Source: Desulfuromonadales bacterium
Lineage (GTDB): Bacteria > Desulfobacterota > Desulfuromonadia > Geobacterales > Pseudopelobacteraceae
Assembly: GCA_015688915.1 (NCBI GenBank)
Contig: JAATGX010000211.1
Span: forward strand, 1-41,736
Reading direction: 5' to 3'
Length of the DNA stretch: 41,736 nucleotides
This document shows, one piece after another, positions 26,764 to 34,891 of this stretch. The notes beneath the pieces were generated by a model that saw only the letters and a list, made by a program, of their open reading frames with translations, made no database searches and was not told where the DNA came from. Positions within the stretch are counted from its first letter, which is position 1; each line of letters opens with the position of its first letter. Position numbers and translations under genes: made by a program.

Positions 26764-26796
26764 GGAGGCGGGGCCAAAAGGCTCCGCCTTTTTTTT
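26764..26796 (+). terminator. rho-independent terminator ending the flagellar cluster
   Basis: AGGCGGGGCC-AAAA-GGCTCCGCCT stem followed by a T8 run (26789-96). It begins 28 nt after the flgL stop. Confidence 0.8.
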
Positions 26797-26842
26797 GAAA
26801 TCAAGTATTAATTCTGATGCGCGCTGATCTTCCGTCAAGCGT

Positions 26843-26930
26843 CCCCCCCTTTGAAAAAGGGGGGTCAGGGGGGATTTGAAGGTGCGCCGTCAAAGGCAAA
26901 TCCCCCTACATCCCCCTTTTTCAAAGGGGG
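26843..26930 (-). repeat. 88-bp triple-hairpin G/C-tract palindromic element, copy B (inverted relative to copy A)
   Basis: Matches the reverse complement of 11455-11542 at 84 of 88 positions by hand alignment. Same three-hairpin layout. Confidence 0.9.
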
Positions 26931-26981
26931 ACTTGTCACGTGGGCACTGTTGGCGGAGATCAGCGCCCATCAGGAAATGCA

Positions 26982-27010
26982 TTGACCTTCCAATTGTCCG
27001 GTCATATAAA
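26982..27010 (+). promoter_or_regulatory. candidate sigma-70 promoter TTGACC-17-TATAAA for the MATE gene
   Basis: -35 at 26982-26987 and -10 at 27005-27010. The -10 ends 6 nt before ATG 27017, which suggests a leaderless or near-leaderless mRNA. Confidence 0.4.
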
Positions 27011-27016
27011 GGATTC

Positions 27017-28366
27017 ATGTCGTTTCCTGGCACATCCACTCCAATCCGCCGCAAGCCGATCTCCATCCGCCGCGATGTATTCCGTCTCTCCCTGCCGGTA
27101 CTGCTTTCCTCATTGTTTCAACGGTTGGTGGCAATAGTCGATATCTTCCTTACCGGCGGATTGGGAGCCGCGGCCATCGCTGCCACCGGACTCGGCCAGT
27201 TGCTGGTCTTCGTCGTCATGACCGTATTCTGGGGGCTTTCCACCGGCGCTACGGTGGTGATCGCCCATATGTGGGGGGGCGGACAACGGAGGGAAGCGCG
27301 GGATGCTGCCTTCTCGGCCGTTCTGGCATGCCTGGCCCTGACAGCGGTCTGCTCGGCGGCGGGCGGCCTGTGGGGTGGCGATCTGGCACGCCTGATGGGC
27401 GCGAGGTCGGACGTACTGGCCATGGCCTCCGAGTATATCTGCCTGGTTTTTCTTTACTTGATCTTCACCACCGGCCTCAACGTCCTCTCGGCCATCATGC
27501 ACGGCACCGGCAACACCCGTACCCCCATGGAGGCCATCATCGTGGTCAACATACTCCATGTTGTCCTGGCGTGGCCGTTGATCTACGGCAAATTCGGCCT
27601 CCCCGCCCTGGGGGTCAAGGGGGCGGCCATAGCCATCAATGTTTCCGAATGTATCGGCTTCGGCTATCTGCTGGTCCAGGCGATCCGTCTGAAATTCATC
27701 TCGTTCGGCCGGCCGAATGGCGCGTTGTTCGGCCGAATCTGGCGGATGGGGTGGCCGGTGGCCCTGGAGCGCATCGCCCAGCAGAGCGGCCAGTTGTTCT
27801 ATTCCAGCTTCATCATCGGCTACGGCACCAGCGCCTATGCCGCTCATCAGATCGGCGTCTCCATCGAATCGCTCTCCTTCATGCCGGGCGCGGGAATGGG
27901 TATTGCAGCCGCCTCGCTGATGGGGCGGGCGCTGGGGGCGGGAAAGGTCAAACGCGCGCGTATCAGCCACAACGAGGCGCTGCGGTTGGCACTCGCGGTC
28001 ATGGGCGTCATGGCGCTGACCTTCCTGCTTGTGCCCCGGTACCTGGTGGGGCTGTTCACCCCTGACCCGGACGTCATTGCAAAAGGGTGCGTCTTTCTGC
28101 GGCTGGTGGCCTTTGCCCAGATGCCTCTGGCGGTTTCCTTCGTCTACGCCGGCAGCCTGCGCGGAACGGGCGACACGTTCTATGTTTTCATCGTGACGCT
28201 GCTTGCCATGTGGGGGATACGGGTGGCGTTGTCGTGGGTGGCGGTGGGATGGCTGCACCTTTCGCTGTATGCCGTATGGGGGGTGTTCCTGCTCGACTGG
28301 TATTTCCGTGGAGCGGCCTTTGCCTGGCGCTACCACCGGCGCGACCTGCACGGCGTGGCATTGTGA
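27017..28366 (+). CDS. MATE family efflux transporter
   Basis: 449 aa from ATG 27017, about 12 TM segments, MATE-like N-terminus (...FRLSLPVLLSSLFQ.LV.IVDIFL.G.LG..AIAA.G). The track start at 26876 lies in the repeat element. Confidence 0.85.
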   Translation: MSFPGTSTPIRRKPISIRRDVFRLSLPVLLSSLFQRLVAIVDIFLTGGLGAAAIAATGLGQLLVFVVMTVFWGLSTGATVVIAHMWGGGQRREARDAAFSAVLACLALTAVCSAAGGLWGGDLARLMGARSDVLAMASEYICLVFLYLIFTTGLNVLSAIMHGTGNTRTPMEAIIVVNILHVVLAWPLIYGKFGLPALGVKGAAIAINVSECIGFGYLLVQAIRLKFISFGRPNGALFGRIWRMGWPVALERIAQQSGQLFYSSFIIGYGTSAYAAHQIGVSIESLSFMPGAGMGIAAASLMGRALGAGKVKRARISHNEALRLALAVMGVMALTFLLVPRYLVGLFTPDPDVIAKGCVFLRLVAFAQMPLAVSFVYAGSLRGTGDTFYVFIVTLLAMWGIRVALSWVAVGWLHLSLYAVWGVFLLDWYFRGAAFAWRYHRRDLHGVAL

Positions 28367-28375
28367 GCACGTTGT

Positions 28376-29578
28376 CTATGCCGCCTGCGCTCCCTGTGCT
28401 GGGTCGGAAACGCTACGGTACAGCACGAAAAACACCAGCGTCAGCGTCAGGGATATCGCTCCTGCCAGGATAAATCCATTTCTGAAGCCGATCACCCGAA
28501 TCATGCCTCCCATGGTGGCGGAACTCAGCATCATCCCCAGGTAGATGCAACTGTTATAGAGTCCCATGGCCAGTCCCCGTTGCTCCTGCGACACAACTTC
28601 GGCCACCAGCGCACCCAGGGCGGTGAAGCCGACCCCCATGCCAAGGCCGAGCAGGGCGGCGCAGGCCGACAGGATAACAACGCCGCTGAACATACCGGTC
28701 ATACCCAGGGCGATTCCAAAGACGATCAAGCCGGCGAACGACGTCAGACCACGGTCGAGACGGTCGCTCAGGCGGCCGAAGGGGATGCGCAGCAGGGCGT
28801 TGGCCAGGGCCTGGGCCGCGAAGACGATGCCCACGTGGCCGGCGTCGAGTCCCTGGGCCTTGGCGTGCAGCGGCAGGAACGTGACAAACATCCCGAAACC
28901 GAAACAGCCGCCGAGGGTGCCCAAAAGGCCTGCCAGCAAGCGATGGTTGTGCAGCAGAATGGAGAGCGAACTGCGGAGGGAGATCTTCCGCTCCTTGGCG
29001 CGGCTGTGGATCATCCTCTTTGGCAAAAATACGTGGGAAATCAGGAAGGCCAGGAATATCAAGCCTCCCGATACTAGAAAAACCTGTCCCAGCCCCCAGG
29101 CACGGCCCAACAGGCCACCGGCCGCCGGGCCGAAGGTCATGCCGAGATAGACCGCCGTGGTGTACCAGCTATAGGCGCGTCCCAACTGTGAACGGGGGGC
29201 GACGTCGGCAATGAAGGACATCATGGTGGGGGTGAAGGCGGCCAACCCGATGCCAAACAGCAGGTAAATGGCGGCCATTGCCAGTGGGCCGGTGCTGAGG
29301 GGGATCAGCAGCGACGAAACCGACATGAGCAACAGTCCGCCCAACAGCATCGGTCGCCGGCCGAGACGGTCGGAAAGGAGCCCGGCGGGGATGGCCAGGA
29401 ACCCGGCCGACAGCATGAAGGCTGCGTTGATCATCCCCACCTGGTCGGTTCCTGCTCCCCGGGATGCCGCAAAGAGCGGCAGCACCGGGATCCGCATGTA
29501 GGTGCCTAAAAAACAGACCAAGCCGATGCCGCAACCGATCAGCACCTGGCGTGCGTGATGGGGTGGTTGTGATTCCAT
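28376..29578 (-). CDS. MFS transporter
   Basis: 400 aa, 12 predicted TM segments, MFS signature-like loop (GLLSDRLGRRPML). Confidence 0.85.
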   Translation of the reverse strand: MESQPPHHARQVLIGCGIGLVCFLGTYMRIPVLPLFAASRGAGTDQVGMINAAFMLSAGFLAIPAGLLSDRLGRRPMLLGGLLLMSVSSLLIPLSTGPLAMAAIYLLFGIGLAAFTPTMMSFIADVAPRSQLGRAYSWYTTAVYLGMTFGPAAGGLLGRAWGLGQVFLVSGGLIFLAFLISHVFLPKRMIHSRAKERKISLRSSLSILLHNHRLLAGLLGTLGGCFGFGMFVTFLPLHAKAQGLDAGHVGIVFAAQALANALLRIPFGRLSDRLDRGLTSFAGLIVFGIALGMTGMFSGVVILSACAALLGLGMGVGFTALGALVAEVVSQEQRGLAMGLYNSCIYLGMMLSSATMGGMIRVIGFRNGFILAGAISLTLTLVFFVLYRSVSDPAQGAQAA

Positions 29579-29636
29579 GAATCTCTTTCAGCGGTCGGGG
29601 ACAGTCGGAACGGCTTTCGCCTGTCCAGGGCGTCGT

Positions 29637-30476
29637 TTAGGCTTGTTTCACGCCGGTCGGGATTTGACCTTCGCAGGGTACCTTGGTCTGGCAGAGGCCG
29701 CAACCGGTTTCCGCGACACCATGGCGCTCGGCCACCGCCTTGGGGATGGTTCCATAGACATGCTCGCGGCAGGCTATTTTATCCCGCTCCCCGGGGAGGA
29801 CCGCATTGACCGGACAGCGGCTGATGCAGGCACCGCAACTGCCATTTGACAGGAAGAGGCACCACTCTCCCCGCGTGCTATAAGCGCGTGGTGTCGGGGT
29901 CAGGGTGAGGTCGGTCACCACACTGCCGCAGCGGTGGGCGATTCCCCGCCGGGTAATCAATCCGCCGTTGAGGCTGAAGGTGCCAAGTCCGGCCGCATAG
30001 GCGGCGTGACGCTCCGACCAGGTGGAGGCGATGCCGACGAGCGGGTCCTCCAGCGAGCTCCAGCCCGGAGCAAGCTGCGGGGCGACCGACCGCTGTCCCT
30101 GTTCTGTGAGAAAGGCGGTCAGGTGCTTGCGGAGCGCGGTATTGAACTGCTCGCCGAATGCCCTGGTCCGTGCCCATTCCTGGGAAGGGTAGATGGTCTC
30201 ACGGCGGTTACTTTCCCGTGTCTGCCTCGTGATCGGCAGGACCCAGCTTATAACCGCGCCTGCGTGAATGCTATCTCCGAAGGCGCTTTCCATGACCTCT
30301 TGCGGGGTGCGATGAAAGTCGCCTATGATCGTCTTATACTCGCTGAAAAGCGGATCGTCGGCCGTAGCGAAGCCGACCAGCGGTTCGTCGAAATAGGGCT
30401 CTTCGCCATCCGGGAAACGATTTGCCGGGTCTTCCCGGACAAAGCGTGCGATCTCGTTACGAATGTGCTCTTCCAT
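29637..30476 (-). CDS. Fe-S protein of the QueG / reductive-dehalogenase superfamily (COG1600-like), function unknown
   Basis: Contains SERHAAYAAGLG (QueG/RdhA-like), CGACISRCP (CxxCxxxCP) and CGLCQTKVPC. The Met-18 start (30476) is chosen because AAGGAG lies 6 nt upstream. Confidence 0.55.
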   Translation of the reverse strand: MEEHIRNEIARFVREDPANRFPDGEEPYFDEPLVGFATADDPLFSEYKTIIGDFHRTPQEVMESAFGDSIHAGAVISWVLPITRQTRESNRRETIYPSQEWARTRAFGEQFNTALRKHLTAFLTEQGQRSVAPQLAPGWSSLEDPLVGIASTWSERHAAYAAGLGTFSLNGGLITRRGIAHRCGSVVTDLTLTPTPRAYSTRGEWCLFLSNGSCGACISRCPVNAVLPGERDKIACREHVYGTIPKAVAERHGVAETGCGLCQTKVPCEGQIPTGVKQA

Positions 30477-30516
30477 CCTCATCTCCTTTCGTCTCATAAA
30501 CCTGGGCTGATGATCT

Positions 30517-31089
30517 TCATTTGGCAATGGATTTGCCGATCTCCCATGCTTTTCCCAAGAAGGCGCCGATGCCGTAATAACCCCTGTGGGCCGTGTCCCA
30601 GATCAGCGGTTTCACCTTGGTGATGTCGGGATAACCCTTTGCCCCCAGCACCGCCTCATCCGCCTTCACATCCAGGATCTCGCCCACGAACTGGGTGTGC
30701 AGGCCGATCTCCAGGATGTGGAGCAGTCGACACTCCACCACCAGCGGCGCTTCCCCCACATAGGGCGCATCCACCAGTTCGCTCCGCACCGGTGTCCATC
30801 CGCAGGCGGCGAACTTGTCCACGTCGCGGCCGGAAACGATGCCGGCATAATCGGCCCCGGCCGCCTGCGCCTCGGACGGAATGCTGACCGTGTAAGCCCC
30901 GCGGGCCTTGATGGCGGCATGGCTGTGGGTCGCCTTGCGCAGCGATACGGTGACGCAGGGGGGATCGCTACAGCAGATGCCGCCCCAGGCTGCCGTCATG
31001 ATGTTTGCTTTTCCCTCGTCATCATAGGTCCCGACCAGCCAGACCGGGCTCGGCGTAGCCAATGTCTTTGCTCCCAGCGATTGTTTCAT
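30517..31089 (-). CDS. flavin reductase-like FMN-binding protein
   Basis: 190 aa from ATG 31089 (RBS GGGAGG). Flavin_Reduct-like sequence (PV.LV.T.D..GK.N.MTAAWGG.....P). Confidence 0.8.
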   Translation of the reverse strand: MKQSLGAKTLATPSPVWLVGTYDDEGKANIMTAAWGGICCSDPPCVTVSLRKATHSHAAIKARGAYTVSIPSEAQAAGADYAGIVSGRDVDKFAACGWTPVRSELVDAPYVGEAPLVVECRLLHILEIGLHTQFVGEILDVKADEAVLGAKGYPDITKVKPLIWDTAHRGYYGIGAFLGKAWEIGKSIAK

Positions 31090-31169
31090 CTGTTCCTCCC
31101 TTATGGTGTGGTGATGGTATGAACTACAGATCAGGCCGGTCGTCACCGGCCCCGGAAAAAATAACTCTC

Positions 31170-31751
31170 TTATTGTAGCGTCGTGGCAAACAGAACCTCA
31201 ATAAAGTCACGCATCGGCCCGGGCGATTTCATTACCTTGCTGCGCAGGATCGCCCCTTCCCAGCCGGAGAGGATAAAGCCGGCCGCCACGTTCGGGTCGA
31301 TGCTTCCGGGGAGTTCTCCGCGTTGTTGCGCCTCGTGCAGACATGCGGCGAAGCGTTCCCGCCATATTTGAAAGATGCTCTCCAGCCGTTCGCGAAAGCG
31401 TTCGTTCAGGTCGGCCATTTCCTGCCCCAGGTTGCCGATCAGGCATCCCCTGGTACACTGGTTCTGCGTCACGCGAGCCAGGCTGTCCTCCAGAAAGTGA
31501 CGGATGCGATTGAGCGGCGTCTCCCCCCCATCGTTCAGAAATGTGGTGAGACGTTGCTCGAAACGTTCGGCAAAACGGTCGATCACCGCAAGGCCGAATT
31601 CCTCTTTGCTCCTGAAATAGTGGTAGAACGATCCCTTGGGTATGCCAGCCTCCTTCAGAATCGCGTCGATGCCGGTGGCGTTGAACCCCTGGCGGGAGAT
31701 CAGGTCGGTTCCGATCTTAATGATTGTGCTCCGTGTGTCTTTCTTTTCCAT
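31170..31751 (-). CDS. TetR/AcrR family transcriptional regulator
   Basis: 193 aa with an N-terminal TetR HTH (GFNATGIDAILKEAGIPKGSFYHYFRSKEEF). Confidence 0.9.
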   Translation of the reverse strand: MEKKDTRSTIIKIGTDLISRQGFNATGIDAILKEAGIPKGSFYHYFRSKEEFGLAVIDRFAERFEQRLTTFLNDGGETPLNRIRHFLEDSLARVTQNQCTRGCLIGNLGQEMADLNERFRERLESIFQIWRERFAACLHEAQQRGELPGSIDPNVAAGFILSGWEGAILRSKVMKSPGPMRDFIEVLFATTLQ

Positions 31752-31758
31752 GGGGCCG

Positions 31759-31787
31759 AAAATAGACCGGTCTGTCTAGTAAGTCAA
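31759..31787 (-). promoter_or_regulatory. candidate tetR promoter TTGACT-17-TATTTT with palindromic operator AGACCGGTCT in the spacer
   Basis: On the minus strand the -35 is at 31787-31782 and the -10 at 31764-31759. A perfect 10-bp palindrome lies at 31764-31773. The -10 ends 7 nt before the ATG and no SD is visible. Confidence 0.4.
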
Positions 31788-31869
31788 GCTTGAATTTCGG
31801 TGCCATGCACCATCAAAAATGGTGTGCCGCTGAGGGGGGAACAGCGGCCATCTTCCGCGGCACACACCG

Positions 31870-31898
31870 TTGACAAGCACCACCGTCAGGTGGATACT
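31870..31898 (+). promoter_or_regulatory. candidate sigma-70 promoter TTGACA-17-GATACT for the LOG-family gene
   Basis: Perfect -35 at 31870-31875 and -10 at 31893-31898, about 80 nt upstream of ATG 31979. Confidence 0.35.
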
Positions 31899-31978
31899 TG
31901 TCGGCGGCGCACGAAAAGAACCCGCGTGTCGCTGAATGAAAAAACCGCAGCGGCGTGGCGGCACCTAAGGGAGAGGTT

Positions 31979-32569
31979 ATGAAGCGTATCTGCATCTTTT
32001 GCGGTTCCAGTCCCGGTACCCGGCCGGCCTATGCCAAGGCCGCGATGGAGTTGGGCCGTACCCTGGTGGAAACGGGGATAGATCTGGTGTACGGTGGGGC
32101 CGGTGTCGGGTTGATGGGGATACTGGCCCGGAGCGTCCTGGATGCCGGAGGCCGGGTAACCGGCGTCATTCCCCGGTTGCTGGCGGAAAAAGAGGTCGCC
32201 TGTACCCGCTTGGAAGATCTCCGCATCGTGGAGTCGATGCACGAGCGCAAGGCCCTCATGGCCGAACTTTCAAACGGTTTCATCGCCCTGCCGGGCGGCA
32301 TCGGCACCATTGAGGAGTTCGTCGAGGTCCTTACCTGGTTGCAACTGGGTATCCATGGAAAACCGTGCGGGATTTTGAATGTTGACGGTTATTACGACCG
32401 CCTGCTGGGCTTTTTTGACCATATGGTCGAGGAGGGATTCATACGGTCGGAGAATCGTGATGCGATACTGGTAGACGCGGACCCGGCGCTCCTTTTGATG
32501 AAGATGAGTCTGTACAGTCCGCCCAAGGTGGACAAGGCGGCCTGGGCGTTGGAGTTGAGTAACGCGTAG
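31979..32569 (+). CDS. LOG family protein (TIGR00730; cytokinin riboside 5'-monophosphate phosphoribohydrolase-like)
   Basis: Starts MKRICIFCGSS. Motifs YGGAGVGLMG and LPGGIGTIEE. RBS AAGGGAGAGG. Confidence 0.85.
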   Translation: MKRICIFCGSSPGTRPAYAKAAMELGRTLVETGIDLVYGGAGVGLMGILARSVLDAGGRVTGVIPRLLAEKEVACTRLEDLRIVESMHERKALMAELSNGFIALPGGIGTIEEFVEVLTWLQLGIHGKPCGILNVDGYYDRLLGFFDHMVEEGFIRSENRDAILVDADPALLLMKMSLYSPPKVDKAAWALELSNA

Positions 32570-32581
32570 TGTCTGAAAGGA

Positions 32582-33580
32582 ATGGCAATGAGTCTTGACC
32601 CCATCGCGGCCAGTTATCTGCTGTCAGCCCTTGTCGTACCGCTGGTGCTGCACTTTCATCTGCTGCCGGCGGTCTTTGCCGGCTTGGCCGTGCATGTCCT
32701 GACCGTCAAACTGGCCCGGCGGCTCCCCACGCGTTGGGGCGGCATGGCGCACAAGCTGGCCCTGGCCGCCATTGTGACCTGCGCCATGCTGGTGGTGTTC
32801 GGCGCTGGCATCGGTTTCTGGTCGTTTCTGGGGAGTCACCATGGCATGGCCGCTCTGTTGGCCGCTGCGGCCGAAACCCTGGATAATCTGCGCCGCACCC
32901 TTCCCGCCGACATCGCGGCCGTGTTGCCCGATTCGGTCGATGATCTACGGGAGCAGGTTACGGCCATACTGCGTGAACATGGCCGAAATATCTCCGCCGT
33001 GGGTATGGCGGGGTTCAAGACCTTCGCCCATGTGCTGCTCGGCATGGTGGTCGGCGGCATGACCGCTCTCCACCATTTCGACGGGTCCGAAAATTGGCCG
33101 CCCCTGGCCGCTGCACTGCATCTCAGGACGCAAAGGCTGGCGGATGCCTTCGAAAAGGTGGTGTTTGCCCAGGTAAAGATCTCCGGTCTCAACACCATCC
33201 TCACCGCGGTTTACCTGGTGCTGATCCTGCCGTTGTTCGGCGTTCGACTGCCGCTCTTGACGGTTCTTATCCCGCTCACGTTCATTACCGGCATGCTCCC
33301 CGTCATCGGCAATCTGGTCTCCAACGCCGCCATAGTGATTATCAGCCTCGGCAACTCGCTGGGCGTGGCAGCCGCCTCGGTCGTTTTTCTGATCCTGATC
33401 CACAAGCTTGAGTATTTCACCAATGCGCGCATCGTCGGCAGTGAGGTGCATGCCCGCGCCTGGGAGCTGTTGTGCGCCATGCTTGCCATGGAGGCGGTTT
33501 TTGGTGTTGCGGGCCTGATTGCGGCGCCGGTGGTATATGCCTGGTTCAAGGCCGAGTTGAAGGCGCGGGAGATGATTTGA
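32582..33580 (+). CDS. AI-2E family (PerM/UPF0118) transporter
   Basis: 332 aa polytopic membrane protein with the AI-2E-like C-terminal half (...PVIGNLVSN...HKLEYF...). The start could be ATG 32582 or 32588. Confidence 0.75.
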   Translation: MAMSLDPIAASYLLSALVVPLVLHFHLLPAVFAGLAVHVLTVKLARRLPTRWGGMAHKLALAAIVTCAMLVVFGAGIGFWSFLGSHHGMAALLAAAAETLDNLRRTLPADIAAVLPDSVDDLREQVTAILREHGRNISAVGMAGFKTFAHVLLGMVVGGMTALHHFDGSENWPPLAAALHLRTQRLADAFEKVVFAQVKISGLNTILTAVYLVLILPLFGVRLPLLTVLIPLTFITGMLPVIGNLVSNAAIVIISLGNSLGVAAASVVFLILIHKLEYFTNARIVGSEVHARAWELLCAMLAMEAVFGVAGLIAAPVVYAWFKAELKAREMI

Positions 33581-33612
33581 ACATAACCGCCAATTGACGA
33601 AGGAGACTTCCC

Positions 33613-34146
33613 ATGCCCATCCTGCGCCAGATCGCCCAGATAGGCCATCCGATCCTCCGCCGGGAAACCCGTATCATCGAGAACCCGGCCGACCCGGTCA
33701 TCCAGGCCCTGATCGACGACATGCTGGCCACGATGGTCGAGGCCAACGGCGTCGGCATTGCCGCGCCCCAGGTCCATGAACCGTTACGGCTGTTTATCGT
33801 TGCCTCTCGCCCCAATCCCCGTTATCCCCACGCCCCGGACATGGAGCCGACCGCCATGCTCAACCCGGAACTGCTCCTGAGATCAGAAGAAACCGAAAAG
33901 GGATGGGAAGGATGCCTGAGCGTGCCCGGCATTCGCGGCCTGGTGTCGCGCAGCACGCATATCGGCGTACGTTACCTGACCCGCACTGGAACGGTGCGGG
34001 AGGCGGAGTTGGATGGTTTTATCGCCCGTGTCTTCCAGCATGAGTTCGACCATATCAACGGACTGCTGTTCCCCGACCGGGTGGAGGATACGCGGGAATT
34101 GGTCAGCGAGCGGGAGTACCTGCGGATCGTGTCGTCAACGGAGTGA
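33613..34146 (+). CDS. def: peptide deformylase
   Basis: All three motifs are present: GVGIAAPQV, EGCLSVPG and HEFDH. Confidence 0.95.
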   Translation: MPILRQIAQIGHPILRRETRIIENPADPVIQALIDDMLATMVEANGVGIAAPQVHEPLRLFIVASRPNPRYPHAPDMEPTAMLNPELLLRSEETEKGWEGCLSVPGIRGLVSRSTHIGVRYLTRTGTVREAELDGFIARVFQHEFDHINGLLFPDRVEDTRELVSEREYLRIVSSTE

Positions 34147-34293
34147 ACAGCCCGTATCCCGGCCAGGGCGGCGACAATCATCTTCCCCGCTTGACGAGAG
34201 CCGGAAGTCTGCTTCAATAGAAGCATCTTCCGTCCCCGTTTTCCCGCCGAGGGGTGGAGGGCATCCATTCACGAAAGGAAAGGAGATTCCAGC

Positions 34294-34761
34294 ATGAAAG
34301 GAAACGAAAGCATCATCGAACATCTCAATCTGCGTTTGGCCGAGGAGTTGACCGCCATCAACCAGTACATGGTCCATTCCGAGATGTGCGACAACTGGGG
34401 CTATGAGCGTCTGCACAAGATGATCGAGAAGCGGGCCATCGACGAGATGAAGCACGCCGAGAAGCTGATCGCCCGCATCCTCTTCCTGGATGGCCGACCC
34501 ATCGTGAGCAATCTCAACAAGGTGCATATCGGGCCCGAGGTGCCCAAGATACACAGCAACGACTGGGACGCCGAGGAGGTGGCCATCAAAGGGTATAACG
34601 AGAGCATCAAGCTGGCGGCGAAGGTGGGTGACAACGGTACCCGGGAACTGCTGGAGGCGATCCTCAAGGATGAGGAGACGCACATTGACGAGCTTGAGGC
34701 GCAGCTTGACCAGATCAAGCAGATGGGGCCTCAGAACTACCTGGTGGAGCAGATTCATTAG
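34294..34761 (+). CDS. bfr: bacterioferritin
   Basis: 155 aa with a Bfr-like sequence (LN..L..ELTAINQY..H......W.......I...AI.EMKHA..L..RILFL.G.P). Confidence 0.95.
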   Translation: MKGNESIIEHLNLRLAEELTAINQYMVHSEMCDNWGYERLHKMIEKRAIDEMKHAEKLIARILFLDGRPIVSNLNKVHIGPEVPKIHSNDWDAEEVAIKGYNESIKLAAKVGDNGTRELLEAILKDEETHIDELEAQLDQIKQMGPQNYLVEQIH

Positions 34762-34891
34762 GGGAATGCGGGGCGCCCCGGAGTGCCGACGGTGTTCGAC
34801 ACTCCGGGGGCGGCCGCCCTGGCCGCCCCCGCGGGGCTCGTCATGTACTACCATCAGCCAACGAGAATTGCGGATAGCGAGGAAGCAAAAA

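Noticed and set aside
11455-26930. G/C-tract repeats as a CRISPR array or as coding repeats
   Set aside because: There are only isolated single copies, in opposite orientations and kilobases apart. There is no repeat-spacer periodicity and no cas genes. The peptides they encode are artefacts.
26876-27016. N-terminal extension of the MATE ORF (MKVRRQRQIPLHPPFSKGDLS...)
   Set aside because: It reads through repeat copy B. It is not membrane-protein-like and lies upstream of the predicted promoter. ATG 27017 gives a normal MATE N-terminus.
34776-34809. 10-bp GC hairpin (CCCCGGAGTG...CACTCCGGGG) after bfr as a terminator
   Set aside because: No U-tract follows and the flanks are GC-rich. It may weakly terminate or stabilise bfr mRNA, but the evidence is too thin to annotate.
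34628-34891. Upstream part of the 235-aa ORF containing the thioesterase
   Set aside because: It overlaps the 3' end of bfr out of frame with an Arg/Ser/Trp-rich translation. The hotdog domain starts at ATG 34892.
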